Positions 4,590-13,655 of a stretch of DNA of 18,356 bases are shown one piece after another. Position 1 is the stretch's first letter. The number at the start of each line of letters is the position of its first letter. The translations under genes and the position numbers were made by a program. Source of the DNA: Bongovirus reindeer (lineage: Duplodnaviria; Heunggongvirae; Uroviricota; Caudoviricetes; Vilmaviridae). The notes below the pieces were generated by a model. That model was given only the letters and a program-made list of their open reading frames with translations, had not been told where the DNA came from and made no database searches. The stretch lies in IMG/VR virus record IMGVR_UViG_2974717242_000001, positions 1 to 18,356 of that record; one strand, 5' to 3'.

Positions 4590-6134
4590 TTGCAGGTCGC
4601 AACTGGTGATTCGTCGTGCACTGTCACTGAAGATGGCGTGTGGTTTGACGCTAATGGCACTCGGATTGGGAATCAGATCCCGCCGAACTATTGGTGCCCG
4701 CCATATGCCCGTACGCGCGGCGATAAGGCCATCGCATTCCTCGATGCTATCGGATACCGCCTGGATCCGTGGCAGAAGCTGATCCTGCGCGACCTTGTTG
4801 GTGAGCGTGAGGATCGCAAGTGGGCTGCGCTGGAAGCGGTTCTGCTGATCCCTCGGCAGAACGGCAAGACGGCGATCACAGAGGCTCTGGAGATCGTCCA
4901 CCTGTTCCTCTTTGGGACGCGTCTGATCATTCACACGGCGCACCTTTTCGACACTGCGTATGAGTCGTATCTCCGCATGGTCGACATCATCGAGAACTGT
5001 CCAGCTCTCGACAAGTACGTTGCCTCGAAGCCGAAGGGTAATGGCAGCGTTGGCATTCACCTGAAGAATGGTGCCCGCCTTCTGTACAAGGCGCGTGGCA
5101 CCGGCCAGGGCCGTGGATTCTCTGGCGATCTGGTCATCCTGGATGAGGCGTACGACCTCGATCCGGACATGGTCGCCGCTCTCATTCCCGCGTTGTCGGC
5201 GCGGAAGAACCCTCAGGTTATCTACACCTCCTCGACTGGTGACGAGGATTCGACTGTTCTGATTCGGGCCCGCGACCGTGGTCTGGCCCATGAGCCACGT
5301 ATCGCCCTGTTCGAGTGGTGCGCGGACCAGGGTTGTGATCTGGATGAGCTTGAGCAGTGGTATAAGGCCAATCCTGCGTTGGGGATTCGCCTTGACGAGG
5401 ACTACATCGCGAACGTTGAGCGTGGCTCGATGGAGGATGCGAAGTTCGCTCGTGAGCGCTTGGGCTTGTGGCATGACAATTCAGTCAAGACGCCTATCGA
5501 TGTGAATGCGTGGCGTGCTCTGGCTGAACCTGATTCGAAGATCACGAGCCGGATTGTTCTGGCCGTGGACGCCGCGCCGGATCGTTCGATGTCCACGATT
5601 GCGTTGGCGGGCTACACCGCTGACGGCCGCAAACAGGTTGAGGTCGAGTCTTCAGGCAAGGGCGTGTCCTGGTGCGTGGAGGCGATCGATCAGATCTACA
5701 AGAGCTTGGCGAAGTCTGGGCAGGAACCGCTTGCGGTGTGCGTCCAATCCGGTGCCCGTGCAGGCGCTTTGATCCCCGAACTTGAGGCCCTCGACATCGA
5801 GGTGATCCCGTTCGGGTCGAAGGAAATCATGGCTTCGACTGGCTTCCTGTACGACTCGGTTCAGGACGAAACCCTTGTGCACCTTGGGGATACGACTATC
5901 GAGGATGGCTTGTCGGGTGCCCGTAAGTACAACATCGGCGGCAAGGTCTCAAACAACAAGAACGGCGACGACGAATACAACGGCTGGGGTTGGACCCGCG
6001 TTGACACAACTGTCGACATCACTGGCGTCTGCGCCATCACGTACGCCCTCTGGGGCCTGAACATGAAGCGAGCTGAGGCCTTCGTGGAGAAGAAGCCGTA
6101 CGAAGGTAAGCCTCGCGGAGGACGTATCTGGTGA
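4590..6134 (+). CDS. terL: Terminase large subunit (514 aa)
   Basis: LDPWQ Q-motif, Walker A PRQNGKT, Walker B LVILDEA, coupling motif YTSS, RNase H-like nuclease LAVDAAPD. The TTG start is less certain than the identity. Confidence 0.96.
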   Translation: MQVATGDSSCTVTEDGVWFDANGTRIGNQIPPNYWCPPYARTRGDKAIAFLDAIGYRLDPWQKLILRDLVGEREDRKWAALEAVLLIPRQNGKTAITEALEIVHLFLFGTRLIIHTAHLFDTAYESYLRMVDIIENCPALDKYVASKPKGNGSVGIHLKNGARLLYKARGTGQGRGFSGDLVILDEAYDLDPDMVAALIPALSARKNPQVIYTSSTGDEDSTVLIRARDRGLAHEPRIALFEWCADQGCDLDELEQWYKANPALGIRLDEDYIANVERGSMEDAKFARERLGLWHDNSVKTPIDVNAWRALAEPDSKITSRIVLAVDAAPDRSMSTIALAGYTADGRKQVEVESSGKGVSWCVEAIDQIYKSLAKSGQEPLAVCVQSGARAGALIPELEALDIEVIPFGSKEIMASTGFLYDSVQDETLVHLGDTTIEDGLSGARKYNIGGKVSNNKNGDDEYNGWGWTRVDTTVDITGVCAITYALWGLNMKRAEAFVEKKPYEGKPRGGRIW

Positions 6135-7753
6135 GCATTTTCTACATGTCCGACGTATACGCGCCGGATGAGCCAAACACCACTCTCGAGTTCCCTGCTG
6201 ACAATCTGTCCACCAAGGGGCTGGGCGAGTACATCACCAAGAAGCTGTATCCGGTGTTCCAGCAGGAGCGTCTGCGTCTTGAGCGCCTGGAGCTTTGGGG
6301 TACTGGCCGTCAGCCTGAGGTGCGTCCGCTGAAGCGCAACACGGAGCGTGCGGTGCTGCAGCGCATGGCACGTACCGCGTGGTTGCCGTTGGCGATTTCG
6401 ACGTTCGCCCAGCAGATGATTGTGGACGGCTACCGCAAGGAAGGCGACGCCGAGAACTACAAGGCGGCGTGGGAGTCGTGGCTGCGCAACAAGATGAGCA
6501 TGCAGTCGCTGGCCATCAACCGCGCCACGATGATGTTCGGCTACTCGTTTGTCCGCGTCACTGACGGGTCGATTGAGGAAGACGGCGCACAGGGCCCTCA
6601 GACGAAGCCGATGGCTGTGATGCGTGCTGTCAGCCCGATGGATTTCTTCGCGCTGTACGACGACGCCTACCTGGATGAGTACCCGAAGTACGGCTTCGAG
6701 CGTCTGCCGAACGGTAACTATCGGTTCTGGCTGCCGAAGGGTGACTACTACAAGGTCACCTTCAAGGACGGCAAGTTCACTGTCGGTGACCTGGTGACCA
6801 CTCCGTACGGTGTGCCGCCGTTTGTGCGCTACGTCAATCAGATCGATCTGCGTGGCCGCTGCTGGAGCGATGTGGAGCCGGTGATCGATCTGGCTGCCCG
6901 CATCGACAAGACGGCGTTCGACCGCCTGATGGTGCAGCACTTCAACAGCTTCAAGGTTCGTTGGGCCACCGGCCTGGAGCAGGCCGACACACCTGAGGGT
7001 GTGCAGGAGGACAAGATCCGGATTGGCAACGAGGACATCCTCATTGCCTCGGATGTGCAGGCCCGGTTCGGCACGCTCGATGAGACCCAGATGGGTGGCT
7101 TCATTGAGGCATACAAGGCTGATCTGGAGACGTTTGCGGCTGTGATGCAGCTGCCACCGAACCTGTTTGGCCAGGTGGTGAACGTGACTGGTGACGCCTT
7201 GGACGGCGCACGTCGCCAGACTTACCAGCGTCTGTTCGAGAAGCAGACCGTGATGGCCGAGTCTCATGGCCAGGTGATGCGCCTGGCTGCCCTGATTGAG
7301 GGCCGCGAGGACGACGCGAACGACTTCATGGCCCGTATCACTTGGCAGGACGTTGAGGTTCGTTCGCTGGCCCAGTTCGCTGACGCGTGGGGCAAGATCG
7401 TCACTCAGCTTGGTGTGCCGAAGTGGGCGGCGTGGAGCAAGATCCCTGGCGTTGAGCAGTCCGAGGTGGACGGCTGGCGTGAGCACGCTCTGGATGACGA
7501 GCCGCTGGCGAACTACCTGCGTGAGGTGGTGGGTAAGACCACCACGGATCTGGCCATGGATCGCAAGACCGGGGATCCGAAGGCCCCTCCTGTGAACATG
7601 GAGGCGCTGGAGATGCAGGCCAAGATGAAGGCGCAGCAGCCAGCTGGCGGCAACCCCGGCAACCGCAATGCCAAGGGTGGGTCGACCAGCACCCAGAACC
7701 AGCGTCCGGTGAATCCGAAGACGGGCGCTGATCGTGGAACGGCGACAAAGTAA
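6131..7753 (+). CDS. Portal protein (SPP1 gp6-like, 540 aa)
   Basis: GTGA-coupled to terL. Size, position and motifs (PPFVRYVN, SDVEPVIDL..RID) fit. Low-complexity C-terminal tail. Confidence 0.93.
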   Translation: MSIFYMSDVYAPDEPNTTLEFPADNLSTKGLGEYITKKLYPVFQQERLRLERLELWGTGRQPEVRPLKRNTERAVLQRMARTAWLPLAISTFAQQMIVDGYRKEGDAENYKAAWESWLRNKMSMQSLAINRATMMFGYSFVRVTDGSIEEDGAQGPQTKPMAVMRAVSPMDFFALYDDAYLDEYPKYGFERLPNGNYRFWLPKGDYYKVTFKDGKFTVGDLVTTPYGVPPFVRYVNQIDLRGRCWSDVEPVIDLAARIDKTAFDRLMVQHFNSFKVRWATGLEQADTPEGVQEDKIRIGNEDILIASDVQARFGTLDETQMGGFIEAYKADLETFAAVMQLPPNLFGQVVNVTGDALDGARRQTYQRLFEKQTVMAESHGQVMRLAALIEGREDDANDFMARITWQDVEVRSLAQFADAWGKIVTQLGVPKWAAWSKIPGVEQSEVDGWREHALDDEPLANYLREVVGKTTTDLAMDRKTGDPKAPPVNMEALEMQAKMKAQQPAGGNPGNRNAKGGSTSTQNQRPVNPKTGADRGTATK

Positions 7754-8904
7754 TGACCGCGCCCCAGGAGCAGAAGGGGCTCGGCGCACTTGAGGCCTAC
7801 ATCGCTTGGCGCTCCATCAAACATTCGGAAGATCAGGATGCGATTGCCGCGTGGCTAGCTCTCCAGCTGTACCCCCTGTGGGCGATTCAGTCGTTCACGG
7901 AACTCGACAAGACGACACCGCTGTGGGTGGAAGCTGTTCTTCCCCTTGTGGAAACTGCGTATCTGCAGTCGCAGCGGGTTGCGGCAGTGTTCTCCGAGGA
8001 TGTGCGGTTCGCCAGCCTTGCGCTGGAGGATCCGCTGCCAATGGATGTGCCGGATGTGCAGCAGCCCGAGGATGTTCCGGCTGCCCGGTTCGATGCTGTG
8101 CATGTCCCGCGCCCGCGTGTGCGCCGCGACCGCAACGGTGCCGTTGTCCCAACTTTGGACGATGCGGACACGGAGCCCGTCACGTTTGACCCGTTCCCTC
8201 GGAGTGATGTTGCGGTGTCGTTGATTGTCAACGGCAACTACAGGATCAAGGCGAAGATGCCTGCTCCCGAGGATGAGGCGATGTACAGCGGGCTGTCGAA
8301 CAGCTCTGGTGCAGCGATCCGTCAGGCGATGAATGGTGGCCGCAACGCCACTGGCCGCGTGTTGAAGTTCGACCGCCGCATCATCGGGTATGCCCGTGTC
8401 ACTGATGGGAACCCTTGCTGGTATTGCGCATTGCTTGCGAGCCGTGGCGCGGTGTATGCGAAGGATTCGTTCATCCGTGGTGGCCGCACTCGTTTCGACG
8501 GCACTCTGACTAAGGCGGATAAGGATTTTGAGCCGCCGAAGGATGGGCCCGAGTTGCCTGAGGGTTACTCGAATGCGGCGAAGGTGCATGACCATTGCCG
8601 CTGCCAGCTCCGCCCCGTGTATGCGAACGAAACCTCCTTTGCGCGAACCCGTTTCGAGCCGAAGCGGGATGAGGAGGCGCAGTTCTATTTCGACCAGTGG
8701 GAGCAGGTCTCCCAGGACTGGTACTGGCTATCTAACCGCGAGAAGCTCCTGAAGTTCCGCGACCAGTACCGCCCCTTCCAGCGTAAGCCTGCCGATGTCA
8801 CTGACATCCGTGAGGAGCTGGAGAACCGGATCGACGCTCTGTCGGATCCGCTCTCGCCTCAGAGCGAGTGGGCGAATGCCCAACTGTCACAACTGGCGTC
8901 CTGA
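7753..8904 (+). CDS. MuF-like minor head protein (383 aa; family often annotated as capsid maturation protease in actinophages)
   Basis: Lies after the portal. YARV...PCWYCALLASRG...HDHCRC is the Cys/His signature of MuF (SPP1 gp7-like) proteins. Confidence 0.82.
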   Translation: MTAPQEQKGLGALEAYIAWRSIKHSEDQDAIAAWLALQLYPLWAIQSFTELDKTTPLWVEAVLPLVETAYLQSQRVAAVFSEDVRFASLALEDPLPMDVPDVQQPEDVPAARFDAVHVPRPRVRRDRNGAVVPTLDDADTEPVTFDPFPRSDVAVSLIVNGNYRIKAKMPAPEDEAMYSGLSNSSGAAIRQAMNGGRNATGRVLKFDRRIIGYARVTDGNPCWYCALLASRGAVYAKDSFIRGGRTRFDGTLTKADKDFEPPKDGPELPEGYSNAAKVHDHCRCQLRPVYANETSFARTRFEPKRDEEAQFYFDQWEQVSQDWYWLSNREKLLKFRDQYRPFQRKPADVTDIREELENRIDALSDPLSPQSEWANAQLSQLAS

Positions 8905-8954
8905 GCCAGGCGGCGTCACAAGCGGCCGATAACTGCTTGGAGAAGAGAGAAATC

Positions 8955-9662
8955 ATGTCCGATTCGCAGACCACCAACGATGCCAACGCCGCTACGGGTG
9001 GGGCCACCCCTGGAGATCCCGCTGTCCTGACTGCGGGTGATGCCGGTGACGGCGACCTGGGCGACATCACCCCTCCTGCAGCAAACACTTGGTGGAAGTT
9101 CGAGTCTCAGGAAGAGGCTGAGACGTGGGCGAATAACATGGTGACTAAGCGTCTTTCGCGTGTGCAGAAGACGAAGATCGAACCACTTGAGCAAATGCGT
9201 GCTACACTTGAGGCAGAAGTTGCTCGGCTGAAGCCTTTTGAAGAGGCCGCTATGACCGAGGACGAGAAGCGTCAGGCTCGCGAAGCCGCCAAGGACGAGC
9301 AGATCGCCGAACTCCTGAGCTTCAAGCAGACCGTCGAGCGCCAGCAGCTTGTGAACGAAGTATTGGCTGAGGTTGGGGTTGACCCCAAGTTCGCCAAGTT
9401 CGTCAATACCGATGGCGACGCGGATTCGATCCGTGCGAGCGCCGAGGAACTACTCAACGCCCTGAGTGAGGGCGGTTTGAACGCCGGAAAGCGTACCCCA
9501 AAGCCCAAGGCCCCCAAGGCAGATGATGCCGATGGTGGCGATGGCAACGGGCGTGGCAACGGTGGTGGCGGAAATGGGGATGAGTCGGACGAGGCTCTTA
9601 TCGCCGCAATCCTCGAAGAAACCGCAAAGACCCGCGCGAATGGCGGAATTCGTTTCGCCTGA
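8955..9662 (+). CDS. Capsid scaffolding protein (235 aa)
   Basis: Start re-called to ATG at 8955 (purine-rich SD). Acidic disordered N-terminus, central coiled coil, Gly-rich linker, immediately upstream of the capsid gene. Confidence 0.88.
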   Translation: MSDSQTTNDANAATGGATPGDPAVLTAGDAGDGDLGDITPPAANTWWKFESQEEAETWANNMVTKRLSRVQKTKIEPLEQMRATLEAEVARLKPFEEAAMTEDEKRQAREAAKDEQIAELLSFKQTVERQQLVNEVLAEVGVDPKFAKFVNTDGDADSIRASAEELLNALSEGGLNAGKRTPKPKAPKADDADGGDGNGRGNGGGGNGDESDEALIAAILEETAKTRANGGIRFA

Positions 9663-9705
9663 TCGGGTCTCGCAACCGACACTAATCAAAGGATTGATCT
9701 AACCG

Positions 9706-10869
9706 ATGGCCAACGCCTTTATCAAGCCTCCGGTAATCATCGCGAGCATTCTCGGCCAGCTGCAGCATGAGCTGGTTCTGCCGAACTTCGTGTTCAAGAA
9801 CGGCTACGGCGATGTTGCCCACAAGTTCAACGACACCATCACCATCCGCATCCCAGTTCCGACCATCGCCCACACGCGTGGCCTCCGTGCGACCGGCGCT
9901 GACCGAAACATGGTGGCGAGTGACCTGACTGAGGTCACTGTCGACATCAAGCTGACGGATGTCATCTACAACCGCATCGACCTCACTGACGAGGAGCGGG
10001 AGCTGGATGTGCGTTCGTTCGCTGTCGACGTGCTACCTCGCCAGGTCCGCGCGGTGGCTGAGCAGATCGAGGACGCGGTTTCCTACCTGATCACCAAGGC
10101 ACCGTACGAGAAGGTGTCGCTGGTCGATGAGGATGAGATCTGGAACGGCGTGGTGTCGAACCGCCGCTGGCTCAACGAGCAGAAGGTGCCGAAGGATGGC
10201 CGCGTTCTGCTGGTCGGTTCGGCTGTGGAAGAGGCGCTTCTGCTGGATGACCGTTTCATCCGCTACGACTCGGCCGGTGAGGCTGGCGCAAGCCGCCTGC
10301 AGACCGCCCGTATCGGCCGTCTCGCACAGTACGACGTGGTGACTGTGGACACGCTGCCCCACGGCGATGCGTACCTGTCGCACCCGACTGCCTACGCGAT
10401 GCTGACCCGTTCGCCGGGTCGTCCGATGACCAACACCGTCGCCACTTCGACTGTGGCCACCGAGAACGGTGTGCAGCTCCGCTGGCTGGGCGACTACGAC
10501 GCCACTTCGACCACTGAGCGTTCCATCGTGGACACCTGGATCGGCGTGAAGGCCGTGAAGGATCCCGTGACCGCCAACCTGGATGACGAGCCTCGCTTCG
10601 TGCGCGGTAGCCGCATCCACCTGAAGGCGACGAGCGCCGAGATCGAGGGCGAGACCGTCAAGGCGGGCGAGAAGCTGGTCCTGGCCCTGGAGGACTCGAA
10701 CGGCGACAACCGTGCGGGTGACCCTCTGGTGGCGTGGACTTCGGGAACCGAATCCCGAGCCACTGTCGACGCCAACGGTGTCGTGACTGGTGTGTCGGCC
10801 GGTACTTCGGAGATCACCGCCGTTGTGGACGGCCTGACTGTCAAGAAGACCATCACCGTTACTGCTTGA
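9706..10869 (+). CDS. Major capsid protein (P22-coat-like, HK97 fold) with C-terminal Ig-like (Big_2) domain, 387 aa
   Basis: DTITIRIP and DLTDEE..LD motifs, very strong codon bias. C-terminal WTS...ATVDANGVVTGVSAGTSEITA is a Big_2 signature. Confidence 0.95.
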   Translation: MANAFIKPPVIIASILGQLQHELVLPNFVFKNGYGDVAHKFNDTITIRIPVPTIAHTRGLRATGADRNMVASDLTEVTVDIKLTDVIYNRIDLTDEERELDVRSFAVDVLPRQVRAVAEQIEDAVSYLITKAPYEKVSLVDEDEIWNGVVSNRRWLNEQKVPKDGRVLLVGSAVEEALLLDDRFIRYDSAGEAGASRLQTARIGRLAQYDVVTVDTLPHGDAYLSHPTAYAMLTRSPGRPMTNTVATSTVATENGVQLRWLGDYDATSTTERSIVDTWIGVKAVKDPVTANLDDEPRFVRGSRIHLKATSAEIEGETVKAGEKLVLALEDSNGDNRAGDPLVAWTSGTESRATVDANGVVTGVSAGTSEITAVVDGLTVKKTITVTA

Positions 10870-10882
10870 TCGGAGTAGCTCA

Positions 10883-11365
10883 GTGGCAGATTCTGCCGAC
10901 CAGCTCGCCACTGTCGCTGAGCTTTCCACCTGGATGGGCGCGTCCTTCGATTCGGAGGACGTGGCCCGTGCAGAGTTCATTCTTCGCGTAGCGAGTGGGT
11001 GGGCTCGGCAGATTTCGGGGAAGATGTGGCCCAGTCGGGACGCGGCGGATTTCCCGATCACGGTGCGCGGCATCATTCTTGGTGCGGCTCGACGTGAGTT
11101 CGAGAATCCGCGTCGTGTCATCTACGAGGTTAAGGGCCCAGAGTCTGCCTCGTATCACAACCAGCAGTACGCTCCTGGCTTCTTCACGGAGGCTGAGGAG
11201 AAGTTCCTGAAGCGTTTCCGCCCTGGCGGGGGGCTGTTTTCGGTTTCCACGTATCGCGATGAGCCGGTGTTTGCTCTCGGATACATCGGCATGGGCAACG
11301 GCTGTAAGCCACTTCCTTACTTCAATCCTGGCGATCCTGGCTGGGAGGAGAGCGAGCACCTGTGA
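10883..11365 (+). CDS. Head-to-tail adaptor (SPP1 gp15-like, 160 aa)
   Basis: LATVAEL...RAEFIL..AS..AR pattern; first gene after the capsid. Confidence 0.85.
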   Translation: MADSADQLATVAELSTWMGASFDSEDVARAEFILRVASGWARQISGKMWPSRDAADFPITVRGIILGAARREFENPRRVIYEVKGPESASYHNQQYAPGFFTEAEEKFLKRFRPGGGLFSVSTYRDEPVFALGYIGMGNGCKPLPYFNPGDPGWEESEHL

Positions 11366-11730
11366 TTGGCGGTGGACGTACGGGCACTGTGTTCCGTACT
11401 CCGCTGCGCAATGAGCATGGTGACGCTGTTGACGAGGACGGCAAGGTCATTCGCGTTGGTGCGAATGGGACTGAGCTGGGCAAGGTCAAGGGGATTGTGA
11501 TGGGCGGCTTGAGTGCCAGCCCGTCTCTGGCTCGTGGTGAGTTTTCGAACACTGCGGGGCAGATTGGGATCCCGAATAAGAACAGCATCAAGGTGAAGTT
11601 CGGGGATCGAATTCTCATCGACGGCGTCTTGTTCAAGGTGGTGTCGGCCCCGTTGTGGGATTACGCGAATTCGATGTCCGGCACTGGGCCTGAGTTCCAC
11701 TGGGTTCGAGTTGAGGGCACTGTTGACTAA
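11362..11730 (+). CDS. Head-to-tail stopper (SPP1 gp16-like, 122 aa)
   Basis: GTGA-coupled, beta-rich, GDRILIDG..FKVV motif, synteny. Confidence 0.8.
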   Translation: MIGGGRTGTVFRTPLRNEHGDAVDEDGKVIRVGANGTELGKVKGIVMGGLSASPSLARGEFSNTAGQIGIPNKNSIKVKFGDRILIDGVLFKVVSAPLWDYANSMSGTGPEFHWVRVEGTVD

Positions 11731-12127
11731 TCGCAGTCTTGCTGTCCTTGAGCCCAATCTGTACGGCGGTGTCGCCTACTTTTATGCGGAGCCGAATCCG
11801 GCTCTGTCCGAGATTCTGATCGGGCCCGAGCTGCACGCTCTCACGGCTGATTACACAGCGCGTGTGGTGGCTGATTATGTGACGCGGGTCTCGGGACGTT
11901 CTGACCCTGAGAGTCCGGAGAGTCTCGCCGGATCGGTGAGCGCAGAGGTTTTCATCGGCGGCTATAAGACAGACCGCTGGATCGGCGAGATCGTCGTCGG
12001 TGTCGAGTACGCCTTGGCTGACGAGTTCGGCCGTCACGATCCTGCTGAGGGCCAGAACAATTCGACTTACGAGGGCTCCGGTGATCTGCGTGGGGCTCTG
12101 TACGCGGTACTGCCCGCGAGGATTTAA
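11723..12127 (+). CDS. Neck/tail completion protein (HK97 gp10-like, about 134 aa)
   Basis: Position between stopper and tail terminator; L..SV...V...YA...EFG pattern. Start re-called to TTG at 11723 (GAGGG SD, overlap with the stopper stop); TTG at 11711 is the alternative. Confidence 0.7.
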   Translation: MTNRSLAVLEPNLYGGVAYFYAEPNPALSEILIGPELHALTADYTARVVADYVTRVSGRSDPESPESLAGSVSAEVFIGGYKTDRWIGEIVVGVEYALADEFGRHDPAEGQNNSTYEGSGDLRGALYAVLPARI

Positions 12128-12136
12128 GGACTGTCT

Positions 12137-12649
12137 TTGTCCGACATGCTTGAGCTGCCCGAGTGGTATGAGGGTGGTTTCGTAGATGCGGAAGAGCTTG
12201 TAATGAGCTACTTCCGGCGACTTCTCGGCGACAGGGTGTTTCTCTGCACGTGGCTCCCTCAGGGGCATTATGTGTTGAGTCCTGGCGAGAAGGTTGGAGG
12301 CACGCAGCCTACTCTGCGGATTTGGCGTCAGCCTGGGCGGTTTGATCCGACGTTGCGTCGGGATGAGGCCCTGGTCCAGATCGCCGCAATCACACCGACT
12401 CGTTATGAGTCTTGGAGACTGATCGACTTCGTGCGTTGCATGTTGGATCACGATGTCTGCGTTGGGTTTCCGGTCACTTTGCCTGATGGCGAGACGACCT
12501 CCATGCACAGCTCCGAAGAGTGGCAGGGTCCGCAGCTCGTTCCTGAACGGTTGGTGGACGAAAAGTTCATTCCAGTCACATTCAAGATCGGCATCCGCGA
12601 GCCGTTCGACCTACCCAACTACCGGAAGATTCTGAACGCTCTTCCGTAA
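12137..12649 (+). CDS. Tail terminator protein (170 aa)
   Basis: LPEWYEGGFVDAEELV...VQIAAIT.TR.ESW.L pattern of actinophage tail terminators; AAGGA SD; precedes the major tail gene. Confidence 0.82.
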   Translation: MSDMLELPEWYEGGFVDAEELVMSYFRRLLGDRVFLCTWLPQGHYVLSPGEKVGGTQPTLRIWRQPGRFDPTLRRDEALVQIAAITPTRYESWRLIDFVRCMLDHDVCVGFPVTLPDGETTSMHSSEEWQGPQLVPERLVDEKFIPVTFKIGIREPFDLPNYRKILNALP

Positions 12650-12667
12650 CAAGAGGATTCATCACCA

Positions 12668-13567
12668 ATGGCTGATTTTGAGACCATTCGCGACGCTCAC
12701 AACGAGCTGGTACGCGCTCACCTCCACTTCGCGATCCTGTTCGATGAGCTGGACAACGAGGCTGTCGAGACCCTCGAGGACACCGTGACCGGCGAGCTGG
12801 TGCTGCCGGTGACTGCTGAGTCGGCGGGTGTCATCGAGAAGCAGGCTGGCGTCTCGCTGACCCACGAGATCGATTCGACGGACATCGACGGCTACGGCGA
12901 CGCTGAGCCTGTCCGTACGATCATCTCGCGTCGTACTGTGCAGTTCCAGGCGAACTTCCTGGAGACCAACAAGGTTGTGCTGGAGAAGTTCTGGGGAACT
13001 GTCTTCGATGACAGCAACCTGCAGGTTTCGGCTCACGGTGGCGTGACGCTGAAGGCTCCGTCGCTGCCGAAGAACGTCTTCTACCGCGCCTACCTGGTGA
13101 CCGAGGATGACGTGAACGGCGAGGTTCTGAACGCCTACTACATCATGCCTCGCGTCAAGCTGGTCAACGTTGACACGCAGACCTCGCAGGACGACGGCGC
13201 TGTCTCGTACAACATGACCTTCCAGGCCTTCAAGGACTCGGATCTCGGGTTCGCGGTCCTGCAGGGTTGGTGCGGGCCTGGCTGGCTGCGCCTGGTCGAC
13301 AAGACCGGTTTCGTTCAGCCTGTCACCGACATCACTGCGACTGCGGCTGAGACCACTCTCGCGGTGGATGACGACACTCAGATCACTGTGACCGGCTCGA
13401 ACGGCATCAACTACACGCCAATCGCGAAGTACTCGGTGACCACTGGCGCGGAGTACGTCTCGGTTTCCAAGAGCGGTGAGGTTACCGCCCTGGCGGCTGG
13501 TTCGGCGACTGTGACCGTCACCTATGGCGGAAAGTCGAAGACCGTTTCGCTCACCGTCACCAGCTGA
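12668..13567 (+). CDS. Major tail (tube) protein with C-terminal Ig-like (Big_2) domain, 299 aa
   Basis: Strong codon bias and SD. Tail-tube-like core (DIDGYG..EPVRT.I.RR...F..NFLET). C-terminal VSVSKSGEVTALAAGSATVTVTY is a Big_2 signature. Confidence 0.93.
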   Translation: MADFETIRDAHNELVRAHLHFAILFDELDNEAVETLEDTVTGELVLPVTAESAGVIEKQAGVSLTHEIDSTDIDGYGDAEPVRTIISRRTVQFQANFLETNKVVLEKFWGTVFDDSNLQVSAHGGVTLKAPSLPKNVFYRAYLVTEDDVNGEVLNAYYIMPRVKLVNVDTQTSQDDGAVSYNMTFQAFKDSDLGFAVLQGWCGPGWLRLVDKTGFVQPVTDITATAAETTLAVDDDTQITVTGSNGINYTPIAKYSVTTGAEYVSVSKSGEVTALAAGSATVTVTYGGKSKTVSLTVTS

Positions 13568-13580
13568 TCCATCTCACTTG

Positions 13581-13619
13581 ACCCCGGCCCCATGACTTCG
13601 GTTGTGGGGCTGGGGTTTC
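13581..13619 (+). terminator. Stem-loop/attenuating terminator after the major tail gene
   Basis: 16-bp stem ACCCCGGCCCCATGAC / GTTGTGGGGCTGGGGT (3 G.U pairs) capped by a C(UUCG)G tetraloop, followed by only a short U run. Confidence 0.75.
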
Positions 13620-13655
13620 CAGGTAAATAACGCCACACGATAAGGAGCAGAATCA

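Noticed and set aside
6839-6850. Perfect 12-bp palindrome CAGATCGATCTG (also TGATCGATCA at about 1103)
   Set aside because: Explained by common ATC-GAT codons (Ile-Asp) within coding sequence; no regulatory context.
4590-7753. Possible intein or intron in terminase or portal
   Set aside because: Both are of normal length, with no intein N- or C-terminal signatures (C/S...HN) or LAGLIDADG motifs seen.
4569-7789. Long minus-strand ORFs 4569-5474 and 5861-7789 (likewise 7855-8595, 10033-11121 and 11633-12508)
   Set aside because: Antisense or alternative-frame shadows of terL, portal, MuF, capsid and neck genes, which is expected in high-GC DNA with strong codon bias.
9685-9698. ATCAA-agga-TTGAT hairpin around the capsid RBS
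   Set aside because: Only 5 AU-rich pairs, too weak to support a regulatory role.
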